A stretch of 63,978 nt of DNA, the filler included, from Lenisia limosa (taxonomy: Eukaryota; Protista; Breviatea): NCBI GenBank assembly GCA_001655205.1. It is 16 parts of 16 records of this genome, joined end to end, with 100 filler letters (N's around TTAATTAATTAA, not from the genome) between each part and the next. Parts side by side here need not be neighbours in the genome. Positions count along the whole stretch, not along the records: positions 62,709 to 63,978 come from LPNZ01000602.1; 15 more parts are not named here. The stretch is one strand, 5' to 3'. A model generated the notes under the pieces. The model did no database searches. It saw only the letters and a program-made list of their open reading frames with translations, and had not been told where the DNA came from. A program made the position numbers and the translations under genes. Of the stretch, positions 63,286 to 63,978 are shown in pieces (positions within the stretch are counted from its first letter, which is position 1; each line of letters opens with the position of its first letter).

Positions 63286-63978
63286 AGTGGAGGAAGGGCC
63301 ATGGGTTCAGCAGGAGCCGCAGCGGGTGGTGCTGGCGTCATATCCATATTAGGCAAGGCCATGTCCATATTAGGCAAATCAAGAGGAACATTGGCAGGAG
63401 TGGGCTCAACTGCTGCAGGTGCAGGGGGGGTTGGTTCAGGCATTTCCATATTAGGCAAGTCAGCGGGAGGCATTTCCATATTAGGCAATTCAGCGGGAGG
63501 CATTTCCATATTAGGCAATTCAGCGGGAGGCATTTCCATATTAGGCAAGTCCATGGGGGCAGGCATTTCCATATTAGGCAAGTCCATAGCAGGTGGCATG
63601 GCAGGTTCCATTGGGGGTGGCATGGCAACTGGTTCAGGCTCGGGGGCTGGAGCTGCGGAAACATTGTTAATCATAAAACAGAGATTCTAACTGCTCCCCC
63701 TGCAAGACAGAGCGATATTGATTGAGCCTTATATATTATAGCAATGAGACATAAAAAACAAGGTTGCATTTGGACGAAGCCGTCCACACCTTCACGCTTA
63801 TAAGATACTATATTAATGAAATTATTTCACCTAATCATTTGCATTAGAACTATGTGCACACAGTGATCTGCGTGTCTCTATGGAATTGGTGGTGGGGGGC
63901 TTATGCTTGGAATTGCCATTGTACTAGCCTTACCCGGGGGTTCAACCGGCATCACCGGCACTTCGACAGGCTCCGGGC
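63286..63978 (-). CDS. Pro/Met-rich protein fragment with (D/E)LPNM(E/D)M repeats
   Basis: Exon 63286-63652 (CAG...GTATGT) reads APAPEPEPVAMPPPMEPAMPPAMDLPNMEMPAPMDLPNMEMPPAELPNMEMPPAELPNMEMPPADLPNMEMPEP... Upstream exon PEPVEVPVMPVEPP ends in GTAAGG. The core is a 30-bp tandem repeat. Confidence 0.75.

Noticed and set aside
63301-63690. Plus-strand GISILG(K/N)S repeat ORF
   Set aside because: Splice signals (CAG at 63653-55, GTATGT at 63285, upstream GTAAGG) support the minus-strand LPNMEM frame.
1-63978. Most entries in the supplied ORF track, especially those containing X runs
   Set aside because: They span N gaps, introns or MITEs. The real genes are split into exons of roughly 3-180 nt that the track does not join.

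Overview
This is eukaryotic, AT-rich and very intron-dense genomic DNA from a draft assembly. The organism is probably a flagellated protist, since it has axonemal dynein heavy and intermediate chains and a centriolar CEP295-like gene; I cannot name the lineage. Fifteen artificial 100-bp spacers (44 N + TTAATTAATTAA + 44 N) cut the window into 16 segments that need not be neighbours. Recognisable spliced genes use GT-AG introns and the standard code: QTRT1, a PiT/PHO4 phosphate transporter 5' end, a PITSLRE/CDK11-type kinase, two dynein heavy-chain fragments, DNAI2, a DJ-1 gene, a CEP295-like N-terminus, a UvrD/Srs2-type helicase, a TNFR-Cys-repeat secreted protein and tRNA-Ala(CGC). About ten further multi-exon genes could not be identified. 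Introns are packed with short repeats: a ~100-bp hAT-type MITE with 8-bp TSDs, a ~76-bp Tc1/mariner-type MITE with TA TSD, and an unclassified ~120-bp element. Most notable: (1) two repeat families (D ~140 bp, E ~80 bp) end in TTTACCCCC and sit against splice sites with the C-tail pointing at the exon, either sense before AG or antisense after GT; (2) introns throughout show G-runs after GT and C-runs before AG; (3) tandem 15-, 6- and 3-nt microexons build the GANDxxN signature of the PiT transporter. All exon calls were made by eye and coordinates of unidentified genes are approximate.
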